A DNA stretch of 63,994 nt, the filler included, from Blastocystis sp. subtype 4 (lineage: Eukaryota), in the NCBI RefSeq assembly GCF_000743755.1. It is 3 parts of 3 records of this genome, joined end to end, with 100 filler letters (N's around TTAATTAATTAA, not from the genome) between each part and the next. Parts side by side here need not be neighbours in the genome. Positions count along the whole stretch, not along the records: positions 1 to 23,873 come from NW_014569378.1; 2 more parts are not named here. The stretch is one strand, 5' to 3'. The notes below the pieces were generated by a model. That model was not told the DNA's origin. It saw only the letters and a program-made list of their open reading frames with translations, and did not search any database. Shown in pieces: positions 1 to 13,300 of this stretch (position 1 is the first letter of the stretch; each line of letters starts with the position of its first letter). The position numbers and the translations under genes are program-made.

Positions 1-497
1 GGAGTTGAGCCTGCAACAACTTTGAAAGTACATTTGGGAGGTTTGTCACAGAATATGCCATCTGCTTGGGATTTGTGATATGGTATTGTAGAACCTAGGG
101 GTCATCAAAGACAAAAACAACAACAGCATCCAAATAGATCTTGGCATTATCACGAGTAATCACAGGTCTAGAGTCAATCTTCTCTAATCAAATCCTACTG
201 TCTTGGGAAATCCATTACAGCATTCTGTGTTGAGATTGTATCAGAACTCTTGACAACAAGCTTTGTGTAATTCCCCTCGCTCACAAGATAACGGACCGAA
301 ATGAACTTGGTACGATCCATAAAAGGAATGATGAAATTTGGTCCAGGAGTCATGATCTTGTAATACTTCCCAAGTCGTTCCACAATCACAGTGTCTTTCT
401 CCTTAATACATCGGATTCCATGAGTAATCATATAACCGACGAACACAACAACAAGGAACCAAAAGATTCCTGTCATAATCATATCAAATGTATCCAT
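1..497 (-). CDS. SPFH/Band-7 (stomatin-like) membrane protein, 3' part outside window
   Basis: N-terminal TM, then VIVERLGKYYKIMTPGPNFIIPFMD. After a ~31-nt intron it continues PVITRDNAKIYLDAV...AYSVTNLP, typical of the SPFH domain. Confidence 0.85.
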
Positions 498-670
498 TGA
501 TGCACACTCTAGATATTAAGTGATCTTTCACCAAATATACATTTATACCAATTGATTCTATGATTCTTGAATACGTTCAAATGGATTCGGTTTCTCATTC
601 TCTGTGCCCATTCTCACTAATAACCGTTTCCATCGACTCTAATTCAAGGCATTATTCTAACAAACAGAAG

Positions 671-2298
671 ACTTATTTCCCTTTTTCAACATCAACGACC
701 GTGGCTTCAAACCCAAACTTGGTTTCTTTACAGTCATAACAGGAAGAGATCCCTGTTTCTTTTTTGCCTCCTCTGCCTTTATAGCTGCCTCCGCCCGTCT
801 CCGTTCCTTCTCTTCTGCATATTTTCTTATCTTTTCTTTCTCCGCTCGATCCTTGTCCTCACGCACCATCTGGAGAATCGACGGCTCATCCTTCCGCATA
901 TTTCTCATAGGAGCATTAGGAGAGAATAGATCGAACTGGTTCGGCTGTGGCTGCTCACCAAATAACGATAGTCCCCCACCAGGACTTTGGAGTCTATAAT
1001 GGGGGTGGGAGAAAGGCTTAGGTGGAATCAAGCTGCCTGTAGTTTTAGGGAACAGAGGTCTGTAAAAGAGACCCTGTGTTTTAGGTTTAGCACGGCGATT
1101 GGAGGAGGTAAGTGTGTCGAGAAACTGAGTAGCCTCTGGTGTCTCCATCCACTCCACGAAAGCCTCTTGGAGTTTCTCTTCTGCAGATTTAGGTACTGGC
1201 TCAATCCTATCCGCACATACCTCCTGCTCATTAGTCTCCTGTAGAGGGAGGATTGCTGGGTCTACAAACTCCTCTGTCTCTTGTGGCTTCTCATGTGGAG
1301 ACACCACCACAACAGGCTGATCAGTCCAACCCACTTCCTCCATTGGAGTGATTGTTTCCTCATGTTGCACTCGTTGGAGATCATTGAACAACTCATTCAT
1401 CACATCCACTTTTAGCTCTTCAGGAATGTGAACCTCTTCTCCACAACGGAACTTGTGAACAATGGAGTGAAGCTCGTCCTCTCGTTCAGTTCTCTCTAAC
1501 GGCCTCTACAGATAACTATCTCACTTTTCCAATACCGAGAGATCCATATCTCCTATGTCATTGGCATCAGGCATGTCCCACTCGATCTTTTCTTCTTCTT
1601 CTTCTGAGGTATTATAAATCAAATAACGCACAAAATTCAATTGAGAGGCGTCAACCATCGAATACGAATTGTAACCCACTTTAATCATCGTGTCTCGAAT
1701 TGCCAATAGTTCCGAAATCGTCTACACATCAATCTCTAGGAGGAAAGAAACATATAACAGTGTCTTTTCGTTTGATTGTTCTTCCAATGTATCTAATAAA
1801 CCTGTTTTCATCTACATGAATAAAACAAAACGAAATATACAGGAGCAGCGACAACTTCGTCGATGATCGCAGGATCCATGAAAGCCACCTGTTTTTCTTC
1901 TGGTGCATCTACGAATCATTTCATGACTCATTAACGACTCTCTCGCAGTAAATCGAAGATTCCAGGACAATTTGGTTCAGCCGTGGAATTCTTAACAGGT
2001 TTTGCATTTCCTCTTTTATGTCGCACATCTTTCTGACGGAGTCGAACGGATGCAGATGGAGTTGAAGGATTCTCTGCACCTTTTCGTTCATCTGAATTCG
2101 TATTTGGACGTTGAGGTGCGCGGTTTTTTGGACCTCCTTTTCCTCCTCGACTCTTCACTGTTTGCTTGCTTTTCGCAGTCTATCCCTGAATGATGAAACG
2201 ATAGCATACCTGAGGTTTTGGATGAGGTCTACATATGAATAGTAACTATAGAACACTCACTTGCGAGTTTCCTTTTCTATATTCTTCTTTTGGTTCAT
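671..2298 (-). CDS. Hypothetical low-complexity/coiled-coil protein, multi-exon; probable polyA-created stop at 671
   Basis: ORFs 1931-2158, 1521-1706 and 657-1409 are separated by short intron-like gaps. ATG at 2298 (MNQKKNRKGNSQ). Ends AAG T|CTTC TGTTTGTT. Confidence 0.55.
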
Positions 2299-2532
2299 AA
2301 CCCTAATCAATCAATCTGATGAAGAGGTTTCACTTTTCTAATGACTTTCTGTTGAAATGGGTTATATCTACTCTTCTTACAGTAATTTTAATTTGTACAC
2401 GCTATAACGTCTTAGAGGAACACTTCCGACGAGAACAGCAAATAGAACTTGATCCTGAATCAAACAGATATGAGTTAATGAACAATCACGGTTTTATCAC
2501 AATAATGGTTGTACAACAAACAATGAAAAGTA

Positions 2533-3448
2533 CTAATGGAACGCATACCAGATGCAGAAAAAAACACAAATTGCAATGAAGACAGCGGTGATAATACTAC
2601 TTCTTAGGAACATGCTTCGAACTCACTTATCGCACAGTCTCTTATTGCGGATTGAGTTTGAGAGAGATTGAATCAAAGGAAAACGACTACCTATTGTTGC
2701 CATTGAGTTTCGGCTCTTCTGGAGACGTTGATTTTGCTGACGAAGATTCTCCTGGGAACTCAATGCAACTCTATATCTCAAGTCCAGATTCGTCTCTACT
2801 CTAAATAACTGTCAGCCATACGAAGCGAATTGGTAGAAGCTCTCATTTCTTTTAAAAGGGATTGCGTTTCAGAATCTGCCGAGTTACTACAATCTTACCA
2901 GCACTTTGTAACCTACTCTTCATCAGCATGACCTGCAAAAAGTTCAATACGAGTGGTCTTTCTTGATGCATTTATCTAGATTTCACCTTTATCTTCAGCT
3001 CAAACTTTCGCTAATCTATAACTATTTGAGAATTCCTTATATACGTCGTGGAATCGCTATCCATTATACTTCAGACAAAAACCAACTGTGCATACAGTCT
3101 GATACTTTTGTGAACTTCCATTCTCTGATGCCAACTCCATCTCCTTCAAGAGAGCCTGATACTATTCCATGAACGTGAAGATGCTTTCTAACCTTCTTTA
3201 GTAATTCATCCAAACTTCGTTCACACTCTCGAATTGCTTCTACCTGATCTAATGATAAAGAAACTCCAATAGAATTACCCATGTCACCATCACCAGTTCG
3301 GACAAGATTATTGAGTTTTTGAATCCCATCCTATAACTAAGTGCTCCATCCAGTCCCAAACATTAATTTGTAATTCCGTTTGTTTCAAATCACCATATAT
3401 TCGCTCCCACTATATTTTATTTCTTCGTCTGTCCTCTACGAGCGTCAT
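2533..3448 (-). CDS. GOSR1: Golgi Qb-SNARE Gos1/GOSR1
   Basis: Spliced translation begins MTLWERIYGDLKQTELQINDGIQKL and ends RFPLIQSLSNSIRNKRLCD-IITAVFIAICVFFCIWYAFH*, matching the Gos1 C-terminal SNARE and tail anchor. Confidence 0.8.
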
Positions 3449-3522
3449 TTTTGGATTCACGTACGTTTCCCGTGGTATTCGCACCTTCATTCGGATGATA
3501 GAAAAGGATTGAACAGTCTATA

Positions 3523-4938
3523 ATGAGTGCTGTTGTGAACAATGAAGATAGTTTGCTGGTTAAATCGGTTCCGCACGGGGTAGATATGTATAAGGAAGAC
3601 CTTGATGGACCGTTATGGTGGCTACAGGATAATGATTACCTTTATCGAGGATATCGAACCCAGCTAACATTTTGGGAGACATTTAAGAGGTATTATTACA
3701 TCGCTGTTGTGATTAGTAGTGCCTTCCGCAGTACAAACGAGACAATGAATATCTGGACACATTATGTAGGTGCCTCTCTGTTTATTTTTCTTATTTACCT
3801 CACTTATGCCATTCCCGTTGAAAACTTATTTACGATTCGCAAAGACGTTGTGTTAGCAAATAAGGCTGTGCAATGTACATCGATGAACTATACAGACCTT
3901 GTGAATGACCATTCTCATGTGAATTCTTCGTGTGTAAATGCTCTGTCACGAGACGAGAGCATTGCCGAAGAGTTTTCTAGTTTACTGTTTTATTTATCTT
4001 CTACAGGAGAACCAGAAACTGTGAAGAATCTGACTGAAACGTCATCTTCCTTCTTTTCCTGGTATAACAACAACAGCATCTATAGTTTCCCAGCTGAGGC
4101 GGTTTCCGCAGTCATGAACTCGCTTCGCAGCCTCTATTCTAGTCTTCTTTCGTGGCTCCAGTCCAACCCGGATTCCTCGGCGGCTCTGTATGCACGGAAG
4201 TCTGCTGATATTGCCGAGGTACTCGAATCTGACCTTACCGAGATGAACCACCAGGTCGTGGGTCACATCCCTCGGTGGCCTATTATCGTCTTTCTCGGCT
4301 GTGCTATCTGGTGTCTGGGCGGCAGTGCCATCTATCACCAGTACTACTGCACCAGCTTCATTGTCTCTAATGTTCTTCAGACTATCGACTACTGTGGAAT
4401 CTGTATTCTGATCTCGGGTTCATATGTTCCTATCATCTACTATGCTTTCTATTGCTATCCTAAGGCACTTTGGATTCATTTGTCTATCGTTATCTTCATT
4501 AATGTCTGTAATGTCTGTGTGATGGCCACTCCCAAATTTAGGTATCTTTCAGTCTCCTCTTTCATCTCTAGACAGCCAGAATATCGACCTATTCGAGCTC
4601 GCTCCTTCACTCTGGTAGCGTGCTATGCTTTCATTGCGCTAGGTCATCTCTACATTTTGGACGGATTGAATAATCCTCTTTTCACTATCTCCTTCTGGTA
4701 CATTCTTGGAATGGGAGCGACTTATATCCTCGGAGCCTTCCTGTATGGTTCGCGTATTCCTGAGAAATACTTCCCTGGATACTTCGATTATGTGGTAGGT
4801 AATATCATTTATATTTCATTCTAGCTATCATCACACCAACTTTTCCATGTATGCATTGTGATCGCTGCTCTTTTCCATTTTGTTGGATCTTATCAGTTAT
4901 TTGTCAATCGGTTTAATACGCCATGTGCAGTTCATTAG
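3523..4938 (+). CDS. PAQR/adiponectin receptor-like (HlyIII family) 7TM protein, copy 1
   Basis: WLQDNDYLYRGYR, NETMNIWTH, SAIYH, DYCGI, RIPEKYFPGYFD and final exon SHQLFH motifs; short introns. Confidence 0.9.
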
Positions 4939-5046
4939 GAAGTGATCATGTTTGTTTATCCACGAATCTTCGCGTTCCAATTATCTGGACCATTTTGGTC
5001 ACCTTAATCACTTATAGTTCTCATTGTACAGAAGGTATTTGTAGGG

Positions 5047-6105
5047 ATGATCGACGTGGAGGAAGCAGACAAGTTGCCTCTTGAGAATAAGGGAATCTCG
5101 AAGGCTGTGGATATGTATCAAGAGAATCTCGAAGGATCGTTATGGTGGATGCAAGATAATGAGTATATTTATCGTGGTTACCGTTCCCAACTATCGTTTT
5201 GGGATGCAGTAAAGAGGTTGGTGTCGGGATGGAAATTGATTCGTAGTATGGGTCGTAGTACGAATGAAACGATGAATGTGTGGACACATGTAGTCGGTGC
5301 AATTATTTTCATTTATCTTCTCTTCTTGACTTATAGTCTTCCAGCGGAGCCTATTGGAACGACCTCTTTACACTTTTCTTCTTTTTTAGAAGCACTTACT
5401 GAAGAAGTAGCCAACTTTCGTGCAGGCAGTCCGACTGTTCCTCGTTGGCCAATCACAATCTTTGTGTTGTGTGCGATTCGCTGCCTTGCTGGAAGTGCTA
5501 TATTTCATAACTTCCTCTGTGTGAGCCGAAAATGGAAGGATATTCTTCAAACACTCGATTATTCTGGTATTTGTATTCTGATTTGTGGGTCTTATGTTCC
5601 TGTCATTTATTATTCATTTTATTGTTATCCTTCTTATCTCCGTTTCCACCTGACAGCTGTGATTACCATTAATGTTCTTACGGTTTGTGTTTTAGCCACT
5701 CCGAAATTCCGGTATTTCAGTTCTTCCATACTTACACATAGTCAACCTAAGTATCGATCCGTTCGTTCGATCTGTTTCACTGCGGTCGCCTGCTATGCAG
5801 TGATTGCTCTAATTCATCTTTATATCCTCGATAGGTTCAATAATCCCATCTTCACCTCCATGACATGGTATGTTGTAGGAATGGGAAGTACCTACATTAT
5901 TGGAGCCTATTTCTACGGGTCAAGAGTTCCTGAGAAATATTATCCTGGATACTTTGATTACGTGGTAGGACTGGAAGGCATGTCTGAAGTATAGTTGGCT
6001 TCACACCAGATATTCCATGTATGTATTGTAATTGCGGCTCTTTTCCATTATGTTGGATCCTATCAATTGTACATCGCTACCACTGTTCATGCATGCCAAC
6101 ACTGA
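5047..6105 (+). CDS. PAQR/adiponectin receptor-like protein, copy 2 (tandem paralog)
   Basis: Same motifs (NETMNVWTH, SAIFH, DYSGI, RVPEKYYPG, SHQIFH) and same intron positions as copy 1. Confidence 0.9.
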
Positions 6106-6182
6106 TCTCTTGATCAATTTGTGATATTTATCGTACTGTATCATTTCAATCCTCATATTTGTTTGTGAACAAACACTTAAGG

Positions 6183-7797
6183 TTACATTTTGACTTTCTT
6201 AGCAAATTCCCAGACGGATGTTGCTTTCTCCATTGGTTCATATCTTTTCATCACACATATATTAAACACTCTTACTCAAAGTGGAATTGACCAAGATTCA
6301 CTAATACAGCTTCTTCCTTCTCTAGACTAACCACAGGAAATAGACCTCCTAAACTGTTCATATTTCTATCGATGAATTCCTTCTCTCAACCTTACTCAAA
6401 AGCGATGCCCAAATCTTTCCCATTTTTGGAGTAGCTCAACATCTTCTTGTCAGCATTGAATAAAACTCCGAGGACATCACCTGGATGACAGATTTCCCCG
6501 TAATCACATCCTTCATCACCATGCCACTTCTTCCCTCGAGCTGTGTCTGCTCATGATAACCTATCCTCATTCGTACCAAAACTCCAGCTGTTCTCGCTGT
6601 CACCCACGCCATTCTCCTGAGATTCATCACAACCGTGGTCCTGGCCACACCATCCTGCTTGCACCAGCCCCTCCGTTAACACATACAGCTCATAGTAATA
6701 ACAGCCTGTTACTACCGCAATATGCCCCAGACGGATTGATGGGAAGGTGGACTCCGCTACACATCACCTCATACCTGTTCTCTCACCCATCACAATTCCA
6801 TCATCCTGCCGAATTGCCTGTCCACTCAACAGCGAAAGACGTGAAGCAAACTCCTCACCACTGTTAGAGGCCACAGCTACGTGTGATGAGGTTCCAGTCC
6901 GCTTTTCTGTCTTTGCCATCTTGGTCGGCTTCCCAAACTCCTCATCCAGATCCAGTGGGAGAAACGAGCGCTTCTCCTTCTTCTTCTCTTTCTTCTTTAG
7001 TTGAAGACCAACTTCAACAGCTTTCATCGCATCGTCTGCCATGTTCTGATAACTGATGTATGATTCGATTGCTTGCTTCTCTGCCTCCTTCTTCAACTGT
7101 TCCTGCTCCCGTAGAAAGGCCGCTTTCCCTTCTCCTGTCAACTCATCAATCCCATGAGCGAAGTCACACTGATCACGTCGAGGACAACCCCAATGTTTGT
7201 CAGCATTCGGAGGCACTACATTGCATTTCCTCCCAACACTTACCCTTGCCTTGATGAGCTTTCCACCAGCGATCACACATCTTCTGCTTCTTCTGTTCAC
7301 GTAAATATGTGCTTCGTGATCGTTTCACTCCTTCTGCCCTAGGAGTTATGTATACTTTGATTTCTTACCAGCCAGGTACATCACAATACCAACCATAAAC
7401 ACCTGCCTTAGGAGCATCCATTTCGACATCAGCTCTATGTATCACATTGCTATTCAAAGATAACAAAGTAGCATTCGGATTGGTAGCTTTCAACTCTTCC
7501 AATTTGTTTAGTCGTTCCTTCCATTTTTTAATCGCAACCTCTGCATTTACATACAACATACTACAATTTACAAATAGCAATTATCTCTACCGTCGTCCAT
7601 TCAAATCTCGACAATAACTGAAATCAAGGGTTGCATTTGGATTGGTAACTCTAGCTCGTTTCTTCAGCATATTACCAAAACTAATCACTCATAGTAGTCA
7701 TTCTTTTCGTACCCTCCTTTTCCTCCACATAATCGGAGACATACATTGATTGTGCAATTCGGATAAATAACACTATCAGAGTCGACTTGGTGTCCAT
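6183..7797 (-). CDS. CCCH zinc-finger-containing protein, multi-exon
   Basis: C-x11-C-x5-C-x3-H-like CNVVPPNADKHWGCPRRDQCDFAHG followed by a charged coiled coil. TAA at 6183-6185 with the 3' motif at 6168-6175. Start and splicing are approximate. Confidence 0.5.
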
Positions 7798-8011
7798 TCA
7801 AGAATAAGCGCAATTCGCATTTAGGAATGCCTTCAGACGACTATGCATATTATAATAGAATCGAAATAACTCACAGAGATCCAAGAGAGGACAGAGTCCC
7901 TTGTTGGGTTTTCAATATCAATGGATTTGGTTTTCTGCAACTTATAGAAAAGAGTCACCATTAGAGTATTGAAAATTAAAACAATAGTGACATTCTTTTC
8001 TTCTCTTGAAG

Positions 8012-9123
8012 ATGAATCGGGCTTTATCAAGGCCTATCACTTGTCTACCATTTCCAGATGAGTTATTAAGTACGAAGTGTCAGAGTTGTAGTGACAATGG
8101 CAGAGAAGCTTGCTGAGGCAGGAATCTCAACATATCAGGAAGTTGAAAAACTATTAGAATCCATCGATAATGCTCTATTCTTGTCAACAAGCGACAAACA
8201 GTGCATTCAAGCCTATGTTGAAGAGAGGAGGAGGAAGAACGCAGTATTTCATACAGCTTTCGATGAGAAACGATTCACCCAGTCAATTTGGAAAGATATT
8301 GCCACGGGATGTCAGGGGGTGGATTCCGTTATTGGTGGTGGTTTGAAATGTGGAACAGTCACCGAAGTCTGTGGACGAGGAGCTACAGGGAAAACCCAGA
8401 TGTGTATGTTGCTCTGTGCTACTGTTCAACGGTATAATACTCTCTACTCTCAGTCAAAAGCCATGTATTTTCCTTTTGGATAGCTGACTCATAGCTTCGT
8501 TGACACAGAGAATACATTCAATGCTTCTCGTCAGAAAGAATATGTGGACACTATCCACAACATCTATTGTACTCTAGAGAACATATTTGTGTATAAGCCG
8601 CAATCACAACAAGAGTTTCTTGATGTCATTCAACAGATTCCCTCTTTTCTCAAAGTTCATCCTGATGTTCGGCTCATAGTGATTGATTCGATTACCTACT
8701 ATTTGCGTGAGATGACAGACATGTTAAAGCGATATGAAATCATAACCAAGCTTATTAACCAAATCTCCTCAGTGACTATAGCAAACCATGTGGCTGTATC
8801 GTTTCGTATGAGATCTCACATAGACTCTTGTCACGAACCATATCACCAGTTATACTAGTGATGCTCCGGAAGCGATTCTAAATTATCAATCGGTCGTGCA
8901 GCCAATGTTGGGGTCAATCTGGTGGCACTCCGTGACCACACAGTTGTTACTGGCTCGTACTCCCCAGGGAGCACGGTAAGTGTGAGTGAGTAGAATGATG
9001 AACAGACTACTGAGTGTGAAGAAATCTCCGTTTCTAGAGTGTTGCACGATTCCGTTTACTAGTAGGATTCGATCTTTCGTTCTCTCGTAGTTATCTATTC
9101 CGGATTCTCAACCGATTCCCAGT
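8012..9123 (+). CDS. RAD51C: RAD51 paralog (RAD51C-like); probable polyA-created stop
   Basis: Walker A GRGATGKT, fvDTE, Walker B LIVIDSI, TNH, PMLGSIWWHS, KSP. N-terminus RPITCLPFPDELLKKLAEAG. Ends CAG T|GTAT TGTTTGTT. Confidence 0.75.
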
Positions 9124-9127
9124 GTAT

Positions 9128-9142
9128 TGTTTGTTACAAACA
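9128..9142. terminator. Palindromic bidirectional 3'-end/polyadenylation element TGTTTGTTACAAACA
   Basis: TGTTTGTT on + (9128-9135) and TGTTTGTA on - (9135-9142). Each lies 4 nt after an in-frame T of the flanking convergent gene. Confidence 0.75.
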
Positions 9143-9146
9143 GAAG

Positions 9147-10322
9147 ATTCGAAGAGATAAGAATAAAACCTGGGAACCTCTGAGATATCCATCCAAGGAT
9201 GCATGATCACCCGCTTCAGACACTCTGTCTTTGAAAAACAACCATTTCGAGAAATCCAAACTGTTTTGGCATCGATACATGGGATCTTCACCAAAGTCAT
9301 TCCTCGACCCACATTTACATCTTCATTATGACCAATAAAAGGCAAGTGACTGATTCCCACAAGGAGTTTGGGTAACAATTCATACGAAATAACGTACCCA
9401 CCCCCTGTCACATAATATGGAATGTAAGTGTCACCCTGAACTAGTGATTTTGGGACATAATTCTTTCTTGATACATCCATCGTATTGTAGTTCTTACCCT
9501 TATCACAGAGCCCCATGTACAAGTTCTGTTTCTGCTCTTCTGATATTGTATCGAGTAACTCGATTAGTCGTGGGTAGTTCACAACACAATCCGAATCAGT
9601 CTTGAAAACATACCTGACAGGAAGACTCATGTTATGAATATAGTGAAATGCAAAAAGAACAGATAGTGTGATGTTGTTGTAACTGTCTAGGTGATTGAAC
9701 TGAAGGATGTCTCCATTGATAGCATTTTCCTCTGCAATGGCATCATTACAAGATGGAACGGCATTACCAAGAACAAAAATAGAATATACACTAAATCGGG
9801 TTCGCAGATGTTGAGTATGGTTCCGTACAATACTCCGCAATTTAAAATCACATGCCTGACTCAACATCAGGGTTAAAAATGTGTAAGGTTTCACAAAATC
9901 AAAGAGAGGTTCCTGGAGGACCTCGAACGGATATCCAAATGGAATATTATAATAAGTCCGTAGTTTAGCTTTCCGGTATCTGTATGGCCGACCATGTTGC
10001 ATTAGGAGTTGTACTTGTTCCTGTTCTTCTCCCTCCACCCAGTACTGAGGAGGGACATCCTTCCGAGACTCCTCTAAAAGCAATCTATCTATAAACTCTA
10101 TTCCACACCGACTACCTAAACTGATCTAAATATGATTATACCATCCCAGAACGTACCGTATTGGTCTTCTACATCATATTGTGACTCGTCTCCATGATTC
10201 GGAGAACTCTGTTGTTCATTCCAGCTGTTCCCTACCAAAACACCTTTTTCCATGTAGCGGATGCAACAAGACAGTAGCAGGACTACAGAAAGCAATACCA
10301 CATAGTAAAGTCCTGGAAACAT
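9147..10322 (-). CDS. GT31 beta-1,3-galactosyltransferase family, type II membrane protein; probable polyA-created stop
   Basis: N-terminal TM (MFPGLYYVVLLSVVLLLSCC), DSYNNITL, FKTDSD (DxD), YVTGGGYVIS, EDVNVG. Confidence 0.85.
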
Positions 10323-10348
10323 AGAAATTACTGCTAAACAAACACACA

Positions 10349-13300
10349 AACCCAGAATACTTCTCATAGACATCTGCATCATCATCTTCGTGTTGTATTC
10401 CTTCACCTTCTTCTCGCTAGCCTCAATTGCCTTCTCATCCTTCTTTTCCTTCTTCTTTAATATCTCGAGAACCATCTGCTCATACTTCAGTGCATTCGTC
10501 CAATTGCCTGTCAACCTACATCTCACATCGAATCATCAATCCTACGCATAGCACTGTGTCAAACCTTGAATCACCTTCTCGTAATCAGGATGCTCCTTGC
10601 TGATCTTCTGAAGAGCAATCTCCAGACAAGATATAGCCTTGTCGTTGAACACAAGCTCCTGGTACAACAAACCCAGAGAAGCATACACATCTCCAATCTC
10701 CTCACTGTGGTCACCACAAGCCATCAGATAGATATCCAACGCGGCCTTGTAATGCATGATGGATTCATGTAAACCACCAGCACGGCGTAACGCATCCGAA
10801 AGCTGAGTATGACAAATGGCCACTTCAATCGAGTCTGGTCCGAAGACACGATCTGAGCAGGAGAGAGCTAGACGGCCATACTTGACAGCAGTCACATAGT
10901 CCTTCAGCACAAAGGCTACCGTTGACATGGTTGTAAGAGCGCGAGGGATCAGTGGATGGAGGAGATGGCACGCTGACACAGCAGTCAGAACGACCTGTCG
11001 GCAATAAACAAAGGCAGCAGTAAGTTCTCCCTGCTGCAGACAGGCTGCAGCTTCGCTGAAGACAGTCATAAGCGTGTCATCCAGTAATGAGGTGTGGACA
11101 TGCTTCACGCGAGGTGAAAATGCCTCGATGTCGTTTGGAGTAAACACACACACAGCTTCCATGTCGTAAGAACGAGCCTGGAGACGCACACCCAGCATGA
11201 TGCAAATACGACGCAGCAATACCACACGATCACACTGCACAGGACCATACTCCTTCTCAGGTGTCTCACTCCAGACACGCAGCTTATAGTGGAAATGATG
11301 ATCCACCATCGTTCGGACTGAATTCCAAACACCTACACCACTCACCCCATTCTCAGCGAGCACACGAGCAATCGCAGTTGGGACCTTTGGTGCAGTCTTT
11401 CCCTTGCGTGTCTTCCGTATGCCTTCCAAAGCAATATCGGTATCAGGAGTGACTTCCATCAGAGCGTTCAACACAGCAGCAACAGCATATCCCGGTGCCG
11501 CAGCTAGTACAGGATCCGCCAGGAGATAGTTTATATAGTGCTTGGCAGCTCGAGCCACCATTTCAGTCTCACAGGCACGCAAGATCTGCATGTCCACACG
11601 GGATGTCTCAGCTAGCGACTTGTTGAAACAGAGACCTGCCAACAGACCCAGGTAACGCACATTCACACCAGAGGAGTGCAGGAGCTGGACAAGCTTACTT
11701 CCATCCTGGTTGTTCAGAGGCAAAGAGAGAAGTTGCTCGTGCAATGTGGGGAGAACCTGACCCACCAGGAAGTTACCCAGCATCAGCACACCACTCTCAT
11801 GATCCGTGTTGGCATTGTCATCTGTCTGTGCAGCTAGCGTGGTGGCACTATAGGGAGTGAACACATTCACATCGAACTTGGTGGGGACCACCTTCACTAA
11901 CAATTAAGATGTCTCTCTAATCCTACCTGACTCCTCCAGCAACTCAGCCTGCTTCTTTAGGTCTTGGCACTGTTCATCTGTCAATCCTTCGGTCTTCTCG
12001 CCCTTCTCTCTCTTTTCCAGCATCTCACGGATCGCCTTGGCTCTCGCTTCTGATTCGGCACGACGCAGCAACAGTTGCTCCACCAACTCCGGTCGCAGCA
12101 GGGCCTGAATGGAACTCTGACTACCCCGCTTCACCTCCTCCTGAATCCAGTAGGTGTCCACAGGCTGGCTACGCAGGAAGTCCACAGCGTACACGTTGCC
12201 ATCCACACCACGTAGTAACTTTCCATCCGCAGGACCCAAGAATGAAACCGGTGTTCCCTCCTTCACCTCCAGAGGCTTGCTCACAGCTGGGGCAGTAATC
12301 GTTGACTCTTCAGACGTCTTGGCGGCTTCGGTAGCACTGACATGCAAAGGAGACTCCTCCCAGTGCAGTTTCTCGGCGAGTTCGGCAAGCTGGGGCTGGA
12401 CACGCTCATCCTTGTAGATTGTGGCACATCCATCCACAGAACCACTCAGGAGCAGAGAAGCCGTGGGTCGCTATCAATCATCCTACCTCTTCTGACCTAC
12501 TTCCATCAGACCAGGAACAGGTGTCTGAGCAAGGAAACGATTACCCTTATAATCAACCACAGCCACGAGTGGAGTGTAGAGTTGTTTGACATGAGCAGAG
12601 TTGATCTGACTGGCACTCTATCAGTCACAGTAAGCAGTCAAAACTCACCAACACCTGGTAATTGGCCATCGCACGACTTACGCCACCTTCCTTCTCAATA
12701 GGTACACGGGTGAATGTGATATCATCCACTAGATAAGTATCCTTCGAGGTATCCAGAAGCAGAGGGGCCACAGACTCTATCACTCATTCCCTCCTCTCAT
12801 CCTTACCATCCACAATCTTCATCGTACCACGCTTTGCAGCCTCAGCAAACTCATTCTCTTTACTAATCGCATAGAACAGAGCCATGTTCTCATCATCGGT
12901 CAGTGTACTCGCTCCTACGTACTCGGTAAGCCATTCACGATGAGCCTGTACATCTGCTGACAGGTATGGAATCTCTTCCTCCTCAAGAATCGTCTCTGCA
13001 TGAGTGAATAAGTCATGGATATCGGCAGCAGAACGAGGGGTTCCGAACCATGTGTTGGAAGCCACATTGGAGCTGGGCATAGGACGCAGCGTACACAGAA
13101 TATCCTCCAGACGGATCTTCTCCATCTGATCTCCCTCCTGTACACGCTTTGCATACCAGTCAGCAAAGCAAGGAGAGACGGCAATGAACAAGTGGATGAG
13201 AGTAGGGTAGATAGCAGGGAACTTAGTGCTAATGGCAGCATTGAAGTCAGAATCGGTAGACTCATTCACAAAGAAACCATTCATACTGCAAGTAACGTGA

